From: Marsupella aquatica
Lineage: Eukaryota; Plantae; Marchantiophyta
Direction of reading: 5' to 3'
DNA length: 64,000 nt
NCBI GenBank assembly: GCA_973895155.1
Contig: OZ316894.1
Coordinates: 18,196,563 to 18,260,562 of the forward strand
The notes below the pieces were generated by a model that worked only from the letters and a program-made list of their open reading frames with translations, was not told where the DNA came from and did not search any database. Below are positions 29,619 to 47,323 of the stretch, piece by piece; within the stretch, counting starts at the first letter, position 1, and each line of letters starts with the position of its first letter. The translations under genes and the position numbers were made by a program.

Positions 29619-32600
29619 TACTTTGACTTTTAAGGATCCGTGAAAGTCGAAGGAAGGTGTGGATGAATGGGATCTCTGCGATGAAAACTTGAAGAAACTC
29701 ATAAGGCCTACACTTGCAGCGTCTATTCCTTTGATGCATGTCATCGTAGGATCTAGAACCAATCTCGTGCACACCTACAGAGTGTAACGTTCGTTCGGAT
29801 CGTCTCTGTGCTCATAATTGTTAATTTGGACTGGTTTGGAAGTATTGAAGACCATTTTAGAGATTTTGGATGACTGTGGAGATTGAGAGGATTCACCATC
29901 GCATTATGCTCTATTCCTATGTCCGCGGGCCAGAATCTCGACACTAAGACATTGAGAGAGCAGTCACATCTATTGAATTTCCTAGTATTTTCCCAAGGAC
30001 GTTTTCTCAAACCCGTGCAAGTTTCATCAACTCTGCAGTTTTTCATTTCTCGACAACTTTCTCTTTTGCAGAAAGTCTTCGGACAGAAATCGCCATTATG
30101 GTGGGTACACGAGGCTCCTTTTGGTGAGAGTATCGAGATCCTATCGTTTCCGTAGCCTATATCAGTAGTAATCTGCTGTTTCACGTGTAAGTGAAGCTGG
30201 CATTTAAATTGCTAGTAGCAGTCAAAAATAATGAGAACCAAAACTCTGAAATTCTCTTATCACGGGCAGCCTTTCCTTCGTTAGTTGCACAAATTCGGGA
30301 CCAGGAATTGGTTTCTGATATTCGATTGAACTTTGGCTCAAGGATTGAAGTTCAGCAAATAATGCAAATTACTTCCGTGTGTACATTGAGCTAGGCTGCG
30401 AGAGCTGTGCGTCTAGTGTGTTCTGTGCGTGTAGGATTTAGGATATTTGAATCTCCTGTACAGTCCCTTCGAATCTTAAAGCAGCTTACCACAGTTCTTG
30501 GCTGGAGTGTACCGCTTACTGAAATGCCTCTAAATTGCTGGCGAATTTCATTACCTGGGCTTCAGGTACAGCTTCTCCTATAGAGTTTGCAGCTAATGGT
30601 GTGTCGTAGTTCATCCAATAACTTCACCGCCAGGAAACGTGGAGGGATTGCCTATCTCTATAGTTAGCCAGCCTCTTGTATGGCCAGATTGATGACCATT
30701 TTGTTTTGGAATGTAAACGCAGGCCTTGACCAAGCATCTGGAGGATACCAGCTTCCCCCGAAAGAGATCCAGCAAATTGTGGATGCGCCTCCGACTCCTG
30801 CACTTTCATTTTCGCCCAAAAGAGATAAAATTTTGTTCTTAGGGCGACGTTCATTGCCTCCTCTTGCTGATTTAGCAAGATCAGAGCTGAAACTTGCAGG
30901 CCTTCGGATTGATGCTTCTTACAATTCAAGAAGCAGGATGTAAGTTTTCTTTCCATAGGAGTTTTATACATCATGTACACAATTTTTACACTTCAGGACC
31001 TTGGTTCCAGAATTGATATGTTTCGTACAGTAGCAGAAAGTGCGTTTGTCATGGGAGTGCAAACACACCTAGTAGTGTAATTCAATTCATCAGGATCCTC
31101 GTGTGACGAGCTGGCTGTAGTACCTTTAGTTGTCTTGATTTTTCTCGCCTGCGGCCTAGTAGGGCACTCTGTAGTGGCTAACCAGTAAGGCATTTCGCAT
31201 AATGTAGAGCTTGTCTTCAGGTCATTTTATACAGGAATAAGTATTCGCAAGCTACTGGATGACGGCAATCTTGGACAAGAGCTCAATGTATATGGCCTTC
31301 CAACAGAACCAAAGATCAACTATGTCTCATGGTATTTCTAAAAGTCTCTGTAACCCCCTCATAAACGTCATTTGGTGAAATTCGAATTGCCTAGGTAATG
31401 TAGAGTCACATATGTACCTCTGTGAAAGGTGGCTTGCAAAGGAGGTCTTTCCACACGACGGGATTAATACTGATTCATCGATAATTTTCTGGGTTTGCTG
31501 AAGGTCTCCAGATGGTGCTTATTTGGCATTCACGGTTCGTGGAGAGGAGCAGGTGTGTTCTCTTGTGCCTGCCCATAAGTCTTTGCCTTTGTCGGTATGG
31601 ACATTGTCAGCGATCTGGTCAGAGTTGACTTGTGTTGAGTTTTTTAGTTTGTGCATTTAAAACCCTGTCTAACGTACATGAAATCTTCAAGTATCGGAAT
31701 TCGTTACTTTTGGGTGAAAAGCCCTGAAATTGCTGGTCATAGATACCGTTTGACGTGATGATAGGAACAGTTTAAACAGATACAGTTTGCTCATGTTGTG
31801 ATAAGTGGATAGTGCGGTTTTTTGTATGTCAAATGAGAAGACTGTAGGTGTTTTGACGAATCTGAACTGTGATGAACAGGGAGGGGAAGTAGCCACTGGG
31901 CTGGGGCTATGGGTGGCCAACATTGAAACAGGGCAGGCCCGTGAATTGATTGGGCCACCAGTTTTGACCCTCAATCCTATCTTTGATACGTAGGTGATCT
32001 CACTAGCTGTGCCTCTACACTGTGCTTGATCAAGATCTCTGAGTTATTTTGTCAAGGTGGAACTTCGGTGCGCGTTGCACTACTCTTCTTTTATACTGAT
32101 TTGGTGACCCGTTTTAGTTCTGATATGCACAACCTTCCACAAAGTGTCGTAGCTCTCCTTGGGAAGGATGGGTTTTTTGTGCATTCGCTGTGATTGTTGC
32201 TATCGAAACCTTAGCAAATAAATTATTAGGCTAGGAGTTAGGTCGAGTTAGCCGATTCTTATGGTAGTCTCTCACACGCTTCGTGAGTGAAAAACAAGTG
32301 TATTGTTGTATGCCTTTTAAATTTACGCGCAGAACTTGAATTACTCAGCGAGCATGAAGGTAACAGATTTTGGTTTTTGTTTTTCCCAATGCAGGTTCTC
32401 TTGGTTGGACGAATCAAGCCTTGTTGTATTGGTTATTCCCCCCACCAGGGGACCCCCACCGAAGAAACCTCTAGTTCCTTTCGGACCAAATATTCAATCA
32501 AATGAGTTAAAGGAGGTTGTTCAAGTTCGAACTTATCAGGACCTTTTGAAAGACAAGCATGATGAAGATTTGTTTGATTACTATGCCACCTCTGAACTAG

Positions 32601-35600
32601 TGAAGGTGACACTAGACGGGGAGAGAGAATTCATAGGCAAACCAGCTGTATATACGTCAATAGATCCTTCACCAGATGGCGAATATTTACTGGTATCTAA
32701 GACTCACAGGCCATATTCATTCATTGTTCCTAGTGGCCGTTTTCCTAGGAAAACAGAATTACGGAAAAGAAATGGAGAGTTGGTAAGAGAAATTTGTGAT
32801 CTTGACCTTGCTGAAAATATCCCAATCACCTTCAATAGTGTGCGAACAGGCAGGAGGTCCGTGAATTGGCGAGCTGACAAGCCTTCGTCTCTTTATTGGT
32901 ATGCTTCATTACAAGATTGGGTTTGAGAGCTCTGAATAGCTCTTTGTTTTCTGACGAGTTTCTTTGTTAAACAGTGCTTCCTAGTTTCGATGTCATAGAT
33001 TGGATTTTTAGGGTCGAAAATGACCTTCAGTGTCTGCTTCTTTCAAGTGTAGGCGTGGATACTAGTAGACTATGTGAAAGTAGGGATGGGTTTGGACCTG
33101 AAGCTTCTTCTCCCTCTGCGTGTGGGTATGGAGTCTAGCAGACTTTGTCAGAGTTGGGATGAGTTTTGGCCCAAAGTTTCGTCTGGAGTGTGAGTATGAA
33201 TTCACGGAAGACTTTGTTTAGAGTGGAGATGAGTTTTGACCTGAATTTTCATCTCCCAATGAGATTGGTTAGGTAGCTTTGTTGGACTTGGGATGCCTTT
33301 TCTATTCGTGTATATGACTAAATATTGTATTTGGTTTTGTAGGGTTGAAACTCAAGATGGTGGAGATGCGAAAGTGGATGTTTCACCACGTGATATTGTC
33401 TTCACTCAAAATGCGAATGCTGTAGATGGGGAAGGACCCACAGTTCTCTTCAAGCTTGATCTTCGTTATGGGTATCCACAGAATCGCTCGACTCTCACCA
33501 GTCTAATTTTGGACGGGATAGGAAACTTTGTGGGAATGTGCAGATTGATTGGAAGAATGAGGCTAAAATATCTTTGGGAATCTGAAGATGGATTGTAGGA
33601 CAGATGGGGGTAAAATAAATTGCAAGGGTAATGTCACTATGATTGTTACGTACAATCCAGAAGCAAGGTGGTGAGATATTGTTAAAGGATGAAAAATAAA
33701 GTCACCGGGAACCCTGACAGTTCATGCCCGAGTCTATTAATCATAAGCAATTTTGACTTTGAGACTATATTGGTGTCTTGCGCAGAGGAGTTGTGTGGGG
33801 GGATGAAACCCTTGCTTTGGTATATGAGTCGTGGTACAGAACTCGGAAGACTCGCACATGGGCAATAAGCCCAGGTAACCTTGCAGCAGAAGGACGGTTA
33901 ATTTTTGATCGATCCACTGAAGACGTGTACTCTGATCCTGGTTCCCCCATGTTACGACGGACGTCATTGGGAACATACGTCCTTGCCCTTACCAAACGGG
34001 CGGACGGGAAGAAACACTTGCTGCTTAATGGAAGCGGAGCTACACCAGAGGGCAATATTCCCTTTCTAGATCTTTTTCATTTGTACGGAACTTCGTCAAC
34101 TTTCACCTTCACTTTGGTTGCTTTCTGTTTGGGAATTTACAAATAAGAACATTTCTTTAGTCGGATTTGAAAATCTATCATATCTCGAAGAATGAGTCCA
34201 ACATAAGCTACTCAAGACTCCTACGACGATAAATATGCGGTAATGGAATGGCCGAGTAAGTAATGATTATTAATTTCATTCTGAGAACGGAAGGACGGAT
34301 AAGCCTATAAAGAATCTTTTGGGTCAATGACATTGCAATGACAAGGCCCTAAGTGCACGCGCAATCATACATGAGCACTTCAACCTTTTTTGATATTTTG
34401 AATATTCTCGATCGTAATTATATGGTTCTCTACATTCATCTTACACCATCGTCTGGGACATGTCTTTACTCACTCTATTCTCAACCTGACATAGAATGGC
34501 AGCAATGAATGTTTCTAAAGTTCACTTTCATAGACGGATGTCTTTCAATTATCCCGTTTCGAGAATTGGGTTGGATTCTCTTTCCTTTCTCCATCCTCGT
34601 GGGAAAACTGGGCCGTTTGGTGGCAGAATTTGATAAAGTTGTGTGGGTTTTTTCAGGGAGACAGGTGAGAAGGAACGGATTTGGAAAAGTTCGAAGGAGA
34701 AGTACTTTGAGACAGTCGTAGCTCTCATGTCTGATCAAAAGGATGCAGATCTTTCCCTAGATGATTTGAAGATTTTGGTTTCGAAGGAGTCACAGACTGA
34801 ACCTCCTCAATACTATTTGAAAACTTGGCCAGAGCAAAATGTCTCCCAAATAACCGACTTTCCACATCCGTATCCCCAGCTGGCTGAGCTAAAGAGAGAA
34901 ATCATTCGTTACATGCGAAGTGATGGTGTGCAGCTTACAGCAAACCTCTACTTGCCTCCATGCTACGACCCTGTCAAAGAAGGACCTCTGCCAACCCTGC
35001 TTTGGGCGTATCCGAGGGAATTCAAAAATAAAGACAATGCTGGCCAAATGCGGGGCTCACAAAACAGCTTTGCAGGCATTAGCTCTACTTCAGCTAAATT
35101 GTGGTTAGCCAGACGGTGAGTTGAGACTTTAAGGGTGGAGTTTTTCGCTCGCGCCTGAGGAGGAAATTTTTATTTTAAGTCTTTGCTGCTTTAAACAGCT
35201 GGTGTCATTCCCAAGTTTGCAATCGAGGGGGGAAGCATTTGCCCTTTACTGCTGCTGAATTTGTCTCAAATGATGATTTTGTACACAGATTTGTAATTTT
35301 GGATGGTCCAACAATGCCTATAATCGGAGAAGGGGACGAAGAGGCTAATGACAGGTATCAGATTGGGAGTTCTGTGATGTGTAGGGATATTCTCGAGTGC
35401 TGTACTGAAATGGTGTGTTGGATGTTTCTGTTTGTCACGCGCTGTCGTCCTGGTGTTGCTTGGGCCTTGAAATTCCATTTTACTATATGTTATTTCTATA
35501 ATTGCATCTTTGTGCTTGGTAAAGCCAGGTAATGCTTGTGTGTAGAGTCTAGTTCAAGGTACTCTCCGGCGGAGACTAGTTTGTGCATCCTGCTCGAGCT

Positions 35601-37026
35601 AATCCTCTCCAGGTCTGCGAAGTGTGAAATTTGGGACTTAAAGGCACAGGACTAATCCTTCCATCACTTGTGTGTAGGTATGTGGAGCAGCTCGTAAGCA
35701 GTGCTCAAGCTGCAGTAGATGAGGTCGTCAGACGTGGGGTAAGTCCCACAACCGAGAAAACTGAATGCACGGTCTATTTTTGAAATTTTGGACGAAGACA
35801 ACCTGGACAGAGTTTTCTAACACTCATTATCGATCGACTCCTCTGATTTCTCCTTTTCATGCATGCAGGTAGCAGATCCTAAGAGGATTGCCGTGGGAGG
35901 ACATTCCTATGGGGCCTTCATGACGGCAAATCTACTGGCGCACGCACCTCATTTATTCAGTTGTGGCATCGCAAGAGCTGGTGCTTATAATAGAACACTA
36001 ACCCCATTTGGTTTCCAGGTGGGTTTTTCGTTCCATAGCTAATCGTTTGTGAATGTAATGAATCTGATGTGGTGTGAACTTCCAGGTTGGACTAGCTCGT
36101 TTTACTTCAGTTCCACCCAGATGAGTTTTTCCGTCGCGTGGTTTTGTCCAAACTAAGGTGCTTTTGGAAGCTATACGTTTCTCCAACGTGGGGCCATTAG
36201 CTGCTAGTGTGCTTGAGTCCTGCACAGTATTTCCTCGTTTTGAATGAAAAACCGAGTCTTCTGCTTCCAGGCGGAGGAGAGAACTCTCTGGGAGGCGCCC
36301 AAGACATATATTGATATGAGTCCCTTCATGCTAGCGAATAAGATAAAGAAACCGATTCTCTTGATTCACGGAGAAGAAGATAACAACCCCGGAACTCTCA
36401 CTATGCAGGTAATATGCATAGTATTTTGTGTATGTGGTCAATTCCTGGTTGCTCGTATATGCTATTAGCGGACGTGCTCCGTTGAAAATGCAATGGTCAT
36501 AAAAGAGCTAAGGAATGCTGGGAGTCATCCTCGGTACCAAAGGCATGCGAGAGAGTGATATAAATCCGAAGAGATAATTGGCCTGCATAGAATGTAACCA
36601 TGTTATTCTTTTTTTGTGTGGGTCGTTTGTAGATTGATTGTTTGTGAGTTTTTGACCTGTGGTCATCGTTTCCAATTATTGACGCTTTCCTTGTGTATAT
36701 TGCAGTCTGATCGGTTTTTCACCGCTCTTAAAGGACATGGTGTTCTTACTCGACTCGTGTTGCTTCCTTTCGAGAGTCATGGATATCAAGGAAGAGAAAG
36801 TGTGTTACATTGTCTTTGGGAGATGGACAGATGGCTGCAAAAGTATTGCATTGACGTGGTGGATGAACCAGCAGTGGCTAATGATTTGCAGGGTAGTGAC
36901 GTGAAAGGAGCAGGTTCTGAACCTGTAGCTTGTGGAAGCAGGGAGGGTGGAAGTGAAATTGAAGCTCCGGATATAGGTGAAAATCCGTGGCCTTGGCCAA
37001 GGCCTGGGACCCAATCCCTACTATAA
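29111..37026 (+). CDS. CGEP: Chloroplast glutamyl endopeptidase (S9 prolyl-oligopeptidase clan serine protease), 14 exons
   Basis: Ser/Arg-rich transit peptide. Exons: 29111-29510, 30723-30939, 31221-31331, 31504-31552, 31880-31989, 32395-32898, 33343-33471, 33786-34082, 34657-35115, 35289-35354, 35678-35738, 35869-36018, 36271-36408, 36706-37026. Motifs: GYQLPPKEI, catalytic GGHSYGAFM, HGEEDNNPGT and LPFESHGY. Confidence 0.93.
29553..29618. repeat. (TC)n(AC)n microsatellite in CGEP intron 1
   Basis: Visible directly in the sequence. Confidence 0.9.
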
Positions 37027-37082
37027 CTGTTGACTCATTGAAGTACTAGCCCCATGCCCGTGCCTTGCACGGAAGACTTCAA

Positions 37083-38300
37083 GTGAGGGCAAGATGTCAA
37101 GGAGAGGGCAAGATGTTGAGGTGAGGGTAAGATTGGGAAGCGAGTGCAAGATGTCAAGGAGAGGGCAAGATGTTGAGGTGAGAGCAAGATGTGAAGGTGA
37201 GGGTAAGATTTTGAGGCAAGGCAAACATGGTTGTGCATTGCAAATATATAATTTAGGCAAAAAATTAAATAGATTAATACAAAAGTGATACAATCTTTAT
37301 TCACCCTCTCAATAAAGAGAACCTCTGTCATCATATACAATATCTTTTGTCAACCTTGTTTGACCCTCTTCAAGACCCTCTTCAAAATCTAAAAATAAAA
37401 CCTTGATAGTTATACGGAAGAGATGTTGTCCTTGAAAATGCTCCATACAACTGTCCGTGATTAGGCAAATTGTAACCTACATCTTCTAAAATTTGACCTT
37501 GAACTTTATGTTCATTGCATATGTCAATCTAATTTGTTTATGTTCATTGCATATGTCAATTGAATGAAAAATTGGACACTATGTAATAAAAAAGGAAGTG
37601 ATTTGTCAGATATCATCTGAATTCGTGGGATAAATGTAAGGGTCCCTATTTGTTTTCGTGCAAAAACCCAATGCCCATGTGTTGCACAAAAGATGTCCGA
37701 GGTAACAAAAGATATCAAAGAGAAAAAAAATGTCAAGATGATAAAAGATTCAAGGTGACCAAAAGATGTCAAGGTGATAAAACACAAAAAAGGAGAGAAA
37801 ACATGTCCCAGTGATCAAACAATGTCCAGATGATAAAAAAGATTGAATCCGAGAAAAAAGCTTTCAAGGTGAACAAAGATGTTGAGGAGAGAAATAAATG
37901 TTCAGATGAGAAAAAAAATTATGGAAGGAGAGAAAAATATGTCAGGATGAACAAAAGACGCCAAGGCAAGCAAAAGATGTTGACGTGAGTGACGGAGATA
38001 AAAACATTTTGAGATAAGGAAAAGATATTTACGCAAGGCAAAGATGTCAAGGCAAAAGAAGATAAAATGTTGTGAGTGAAAGAAATAAAAACATTTTGAG
38101 ATAAGGAAAAGATGTTTAGGCAAGGCAAGATGTCAAGGCAAAAGAAGATAAAAATGTTGATGCATGTTTAAATGTACATTGCATTGAGGCAAAGATTTGG
38201 GGTGATGTGAACATTTTTACTCGAGGCAAAGAAATGCAAAACGATGCAAGTGAGCCTAAGAAATATAGATAATGCAAATTAATGTAAGCGAGGCAAGAAA
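37083..38300. repeat. Purine-rich degenerate repeat tract built on caagatgt(c/t), immediately after the CGEP stop codon
   Basis: gcaagatgtcaaggagagggcaagatgttgaggtgag occurs twice at 37088-37190. A ~100-bp tandem pair lies at 37970-38160, and many aagatgtcaagg motifs are scattered through the tract. Confidence 0.7.
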
Positions 38301-41278
38301 GTTGTTTAGACATCTCATATATTGTTGCGACCATCTTGTCATTATGACGATGCAGTCACTCTGGCCATGAGGGTGTTGTGGCTATGTTGGTCTTGCGACC
38401 ATGTTGTTGCCAAGCCCGATGCCAACACATTGCATAGATACATTGAGGTAAGGTAAAGAACTGTTGATTAAGAAGTGGGGTTTTTTAGGTGGATCAAACT
38501 AAAAATATTGGATTCTCCATAATTCTTTCTTGCCCATTTCATGTGAAAAGTGTTGTCAATGTGGAGGTCTTGTTCAAAATAGTACATGAAATTATGTAAT
38601 CATATAATGTACTTGAAGTCAACACCAAAATATGAGATAAGGTGCAAATGGGTGATGAGAGTACATGGGGGCAAGAATTGGGCAAGAAATCTTTATTGGA
38701 ACAAAATATTGGACAAAATATGCAAATGGGGGCAAAGAGTTGGGCTCCCTACTTGGGAAAAAATTAGGGCAAAAGCAAGACTAATAAAGACAGGGGGCAT
38801 GTCAAACAATACATGTCTTGTGGAGAAATGATGTTGGGAGCTTGATCTTCTTGGCCTTCATTAAAGATGCATTTTTTGAAAAGCTAGAATGTTGGAGTAT
38901 AGATGAGATAACAAAATTGGGACCTATTTTATACAAAACATAAAACAAAAAACAAAAAAATAATCAAAACATGTAAATACAATTCACTTTGCTTTTGCAT
39001 TTTCATTTTATTTTGGAAGAAGATGTTGTTTTATTGTGAAAACTATATTATTGGGGAGAGTAAGGATGTGGGAGGGTAAGTGCCAGTGCAAGAGAGATGA
39101 TGGCCCCGGGGTGTTTTAAAACTATTGGGAGGGGAATGTTTTAATTTTCTCTCTCCCCTTTTTTCCTATTTCTACACTCCTATGCAACACCATTACTCTC
39201 TTTTTTCTCACATTGGCACCATTAAATAAATAGAAAAAATGTACAACTAAATACAGAGAAGAGAAAAAAGGAGAACATTAACCCATTTCCAAAAGTTCTC
39301 ATGCCCAAAAAGATTCTCCTTCCCTTCGTGTGTACTTTGGTACTTGAAAAAAACACATTTAAGATGATGTCACATAAATATCTTCTCATATACTATGTCA
39401 GATTAGTATCATCTCCTATATGTTATATTTTACTATTAAAATGAGCATATCATTTGACATACCTGATAAATAAATCCAAGAGTACAAAAAAATCTGTGAA
39501 AAAATCTGACGGCTCAGGTTTGTTCCCTCCATTTCTGAATTTGTAAGCAGACTAAAGAGCTTTGTGGCGGCATTGCATATTATAGAAGTAGATATTATTA
39601 TTATACATTAAAGAAACTATTAGAGTCCTCGCCAAAAATTATATATAACCTTATGGAATTTGACAATCCTTGCCCAAATAACCACAAAAGCTTACGGAAT
39701 CTTTGTTCCATAGACGGAATGTGCATATTGAGATGCGATGGCGATGTGGTTGGAGAATGTATATACAAGTTCTACTTCGAAGTATCAAGCAAGCAGCTGC
39801 CTGCAAAATCTAAGTCAAGAGACGTAAAAGTTGGAAGCTTTGCATCATTTTTATGGACGTCTTTCTAGGTCATGCTTGGTAGCTGAGCAACCATCTATCT
39901 ACGTCCTCCACAAGAAGCATGGCGGCTAAGCAAGCCACTTAAGTAGTTTCTTGTTGAAGACAAGTACGGAGCATATTACTACTGGAGAAAAGCAAAAACA
40001 AATAAACCTTTGTGACTATCTGCAAGTTGGACTGAAGTGGGCTGATCACTAGACCTTTGCCACTCAGGACGTTATCAATGCCTTTCGCCAAGGGCATACA
40101 TGTCATTGGCCCAAAGTGTGAACGGCAGTTCAGGGATTTTAGTTATATCTTGCTGAGGCATTCTCACAAGCAGTGAGGCTTGATGTTTGTTTGAAGACAT
40201 ATCAAGAAAAATAAATAGCGAGCTCCACTTGGGCCTGCAAATTTGGTTATCAAATTTGTGGACACATTGTTCATAGAGAAGCTCTCCAGCTCCTGCAGAC
40301 TTTGGTGGAAAACCTTGTCAACTAACTATTTCCGTGTATTAGAAAGTTACATGTCTTAATAACAGAAAATATGAGTACAAGTGCCTCAGCACAAGAGAAA
40401 CTACCTAATTGATGACTGTATATATATGTGAACAAGCGCAATAAGATGACAATGTGCGAAAGATGTAGTTCAAGATGTTGTGCAAAAGATGTAGTTCTGT
40501 AAATGAAAACATTGCATGAAAAATTTTGTTTCTAAAACATAACATTGTATAAAAAATATCATTGCACAAAAGACGTCTTGCATAAATTAAAGATGATTAA
40601 TAGTGCATAAAAAGCGTTGTGCAAATCATGCAAAAGATACAAGATGGGTGATGACTATAACCACCACTACTGAGTCCAAGCATGGTGACTCACTAGGAGG
40701 GCCCTTTTTCAATTTCTGTAAAATTTTAAGTATACTTACAAATTTTAACTTTTCAATTCACTTTTTTTCAGGCCACTTGCTTGTATTTTCAGGCATGTAT
40801 TAAACTTCACACAACAGTACTCCTCCCACAAATCAGAGTTATGTTCACAATATACTTCCAAGATACGTCAAACCTATTCCTAAACTCCGTTAACCAAAGA
40901 TCGCTGGTATGTGGCGGGTTAGAAAGACTCACCAGAAAAACTATCAGACCGTTGAAGCTTTCACATGACCAAAGTTGCAGAAGGTTTTTGCTGACAGGAA
41001 TTGGTGCATTAAAACTTTTGATTACTTTCAAAAATTTGACCTTGGCTAACTAATTGAGTTCAAATGGTCTATTCATCTGCACATCTTAGACAAAAAAGGT
41101 CATTGGTTCAAACACATGCAAAGATCCTTCGCCTCCTTATGACTAGTACCCTTCAAAAGGGCTATGTGGCCAAAATACAAAGCATAAATGAAACATTAGT
41201 ATAGGTTTATTCTCCAAGAAGTATCCAAGTTAGAACCAAAATAATTATATATTTTATTCTAAAATTGCACTCATGATC

Positions 41279-41339
41279 TTTGCAGATAGGTCTATTTTTA
41301 CACAAAAAAAACCAGTCTAAAAATAGACCTATCTGCAAA
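41279..41339. repeat. Perfect 22-bp inverted repeat with a 17-nt loop
   Basis: tttgcagataggtctattttta / taaaaatagacctatctgcaaa. Confidence 0.9.
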
Positions 41340-41341
41340 TC

Positions 41342-41468
41342 TAAATGAAGCACACTTATCTATTAGAGCACTTGCTACGGGATGTGCACTTATCAATGCA
41401 TGCAACACCTGGTTTCGTGCACGCCAGATCTATCTTCCCCAGAGGATGCACTTAGCAAGAGTTCACTG
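41342..41468 (+). mobile_element. Orphan terminus of a related pogo element (inverted copy of 17087-17212)
   Basis: The reverse complement CAGTGAACTCTTGCTAAGTGCATCCTCTGGGGAAGATAGATCTGGCGTGCAC...GATAAGTGCACATCCC...TAATAGATAAGTGTGCTT aligns with the 17087 terminus. It is flanked by TA at 41469-70. Confidence 0.85.
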
Positions 41469-41844
41469 TACATTCAAGGACCCAATAATTGGGCGTGATG
41501 CAAGCTACTTAATTTCTAGTGGCTACCAACTAGAGTGAAGCCTTAGCCCGTAACTCTCAATAAGGGACAGAAATCACAGTGGCTAATTAAGGACAAAATG
41601 GAAAATGCGGAGGGACTAAAATGGGGGACACAAATTAAATAGAAAGATGGAGCAAAGGTGAAAAGGTGAAAAGGAAATAGTTTTTATGCAAAATTATTTG
41701 TATGTTCATCTCTATTTAATTTCTAGGAATGGGTAAATCAGGCTAGTATTTCAAAATGATCATCATGCATGATTCTTTTTATTAACATTCAATGACAAGA
41801 CATTAAATCTAAATGATTCTGAATAATAAATAACACTTGAATGT

Positions 41845-42110
41845 GTTGATTTTCATTACTTGCCTATATTGTCGTATCTCATTGTGGGCATAATAAGGAA
41901 TAGTTGTGTTGTTTTGCATTACTTGATTATATTGACCTATAGAGGGAAGAGGATAGTCTCTTGTTTTTCATTACTTGCCTATATTGACGTATAGAGGGAA
42001 GAGTGTAGACTGTTGTTTTCATTACTCGCCCATATTGAAAATAGAGGGAAGAGGGTAGTCTGTCATTTTTCATTACTTGCCTATATTGACGTATAGAGGG
42101 TTGTGGGCAT
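41845..42110. repeat. ~55-bp tandem repeat, about 5 copies
   Basis: ttttcattacttgcctatattgacgtatagagggaagag is repeated. Confidence 0.85.
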
Positions 42111-42736
42111 AATAAATTTTGATGCTGCTATAATGGTGAATCTAATTGTCACTTTGTCTTGTTCAGATTTTGTGTCCAGTATTTTAATTTTAATCTGCCT
42201 TAACAAGGTGAATCATTTGTATTAATTAAATTGTGAATTATTTTTTGGATCCCTTTTAATTTTAGTGAATTTTAGAGTATTTGAAATTTATTTTGGCTCC
42301 CCTCATAAATGTTTTATTTTTCAGATAGAAATCACTCTTTAGTGAATTCTAAATTTCTCATGAGAATGAAAGAATATATTTTGAACAATGTGCACATTTG
42401 GCATACTAAGTTCCCCTCATGGTTTCCTTTGCAAAATTTATGGTTTTAATTAAGTTTGACCATCATTACCTAGAAACAAGTGAAAGTATATACCTTATAT
42501 ACACAACTTCTTCAATACCTTTGCATTTTCTTGGTCATTAATATGTGCTTTTTTTTTGGCATGTATACTTATAATTTTTTGTAATATCTCACTCACTCTA
42601 TATTATTTTATTGACATGTACTTTACATTTAAAAAATGATGCTCCCATGGACCTTAAACAAAAACCATATAATTGGGATGGACCCATTGGGAATATTCCC
42701 TGTCACATTGTGATAGTACTCAGATGGACCGCATTG

Positions 42737-43243
42737 TCTTCCTCTGTGCTTGCGAAACCTGGAATACCGTAGTTTACAAAGAATCCAGGATCGTGCCTCG
42801 CGACTCGGACACAATTGTCATCAGCCTGGTTTGAGGTATTTGTTTGATGGACCCTCAAAATGAAACTTGTTACTTGATCGACCCCCCGAAGTCTATCAAT
42901 GGTCCAGATCTGAGATCGAAAGGTCCATCAACTATCCAGATTAGGGAAAAATATCGAGGGAGGGGTCTACTAAGCATATCTCTCGCCTGGTTTAGATCAG
43001 AGTTTAGGGTCCGTGGCCCTGTGAGCCGTGACGAGAAAGAAGGACAGGGAGAACGAGGTTCTACCCGAAAATGCTAAAGCTTACAAAGGCGTTCAGTCTT
43101 GACTTGATGGAAACATTGGAACGCGCCGGGGCCGTGAGATTGAAACAAGAGTCGGAGTTGGAGGTTTTCAGACAAATGGTGGCATGGCAGCAGCTTGACA
43201 GGGAGCGACTAGAACCGGGATTCCCACACGACATTGGTCGAAT
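42737..43243 (+). pseudogene. Partial duplicate of ULP1 exon 1 (~43880-44210) placed upstream of the gene
   Basis: Near-identical blocks tcttcctctgtgcttgcgaaacctggaata... and gaggttctacccgaaaatgctaaagcttacaa...gaaccgggatt, with small indels and an insertion. Confidence 0.9.
42833..42984. mobile_element. 152-bp Mutator-like mini element with a 9-bp TSD
   Basis: GCCTGGTTT is duplicated at 42824-42832 and 42985-42993. Ends are GAGGTATTTG and CATATCTCTC. The paralogous empty site in ULP1 exon 1 (~43962) has a single GCCTGGTTT. Confidence 0.8.
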
Positions 43244-43514
43244 GAAAGCTTGCATGCGTACTACTCACATGGTTGTCGTGGACCACATTTCGTTTCTAGC
43301 TCACTGACTCATGACGATCTCCGGATTCCCCTTTCCAGATTGGAAGCTCAAGGCGGAATCACTTTTGTAGCTTCGAATTTGAAAGCGCTACAAGATGCTG
43401 AGGAGTGAGACTCGTGCTCCGCGGAGTAGCGTCTCAGAAAGTCTTTACAGTGGTTCTCGCAGATTTGTTTGAGGAATCTTGGAGGCAGAAAGCGATTTGT
43501 CTTCTAGGGTTTAG

Positions 43515-47012
<3,498 letters not shown>

Positions 47013-47323
47013 TTCTTCACAGCAGCTGGACAGTAGTCTCAAGTCTCTCATGGCAAATCTCAACGGTAAGTGGTTTCCTTTATCTTCATTGACAGACAGA
47101 AGGACCCAATTCGCTTAGATACAGGATTGATCCGTATGAATGCTCGGAAAGCAAACGTCTATTTTCCTGTCAGGATGTTTATAATGCTAACTTATATTGT
47201 CCATGTCAATATTTACTTAATAGTAGGTCAGGGCTCTTTCGGTTATTCTTGAGTTTATGGACATTGCACAAGACTAGTTTGTGGTTTTGTTTAATTTATC
47301 TGATCCTCTTGTAGCATTTCCAA

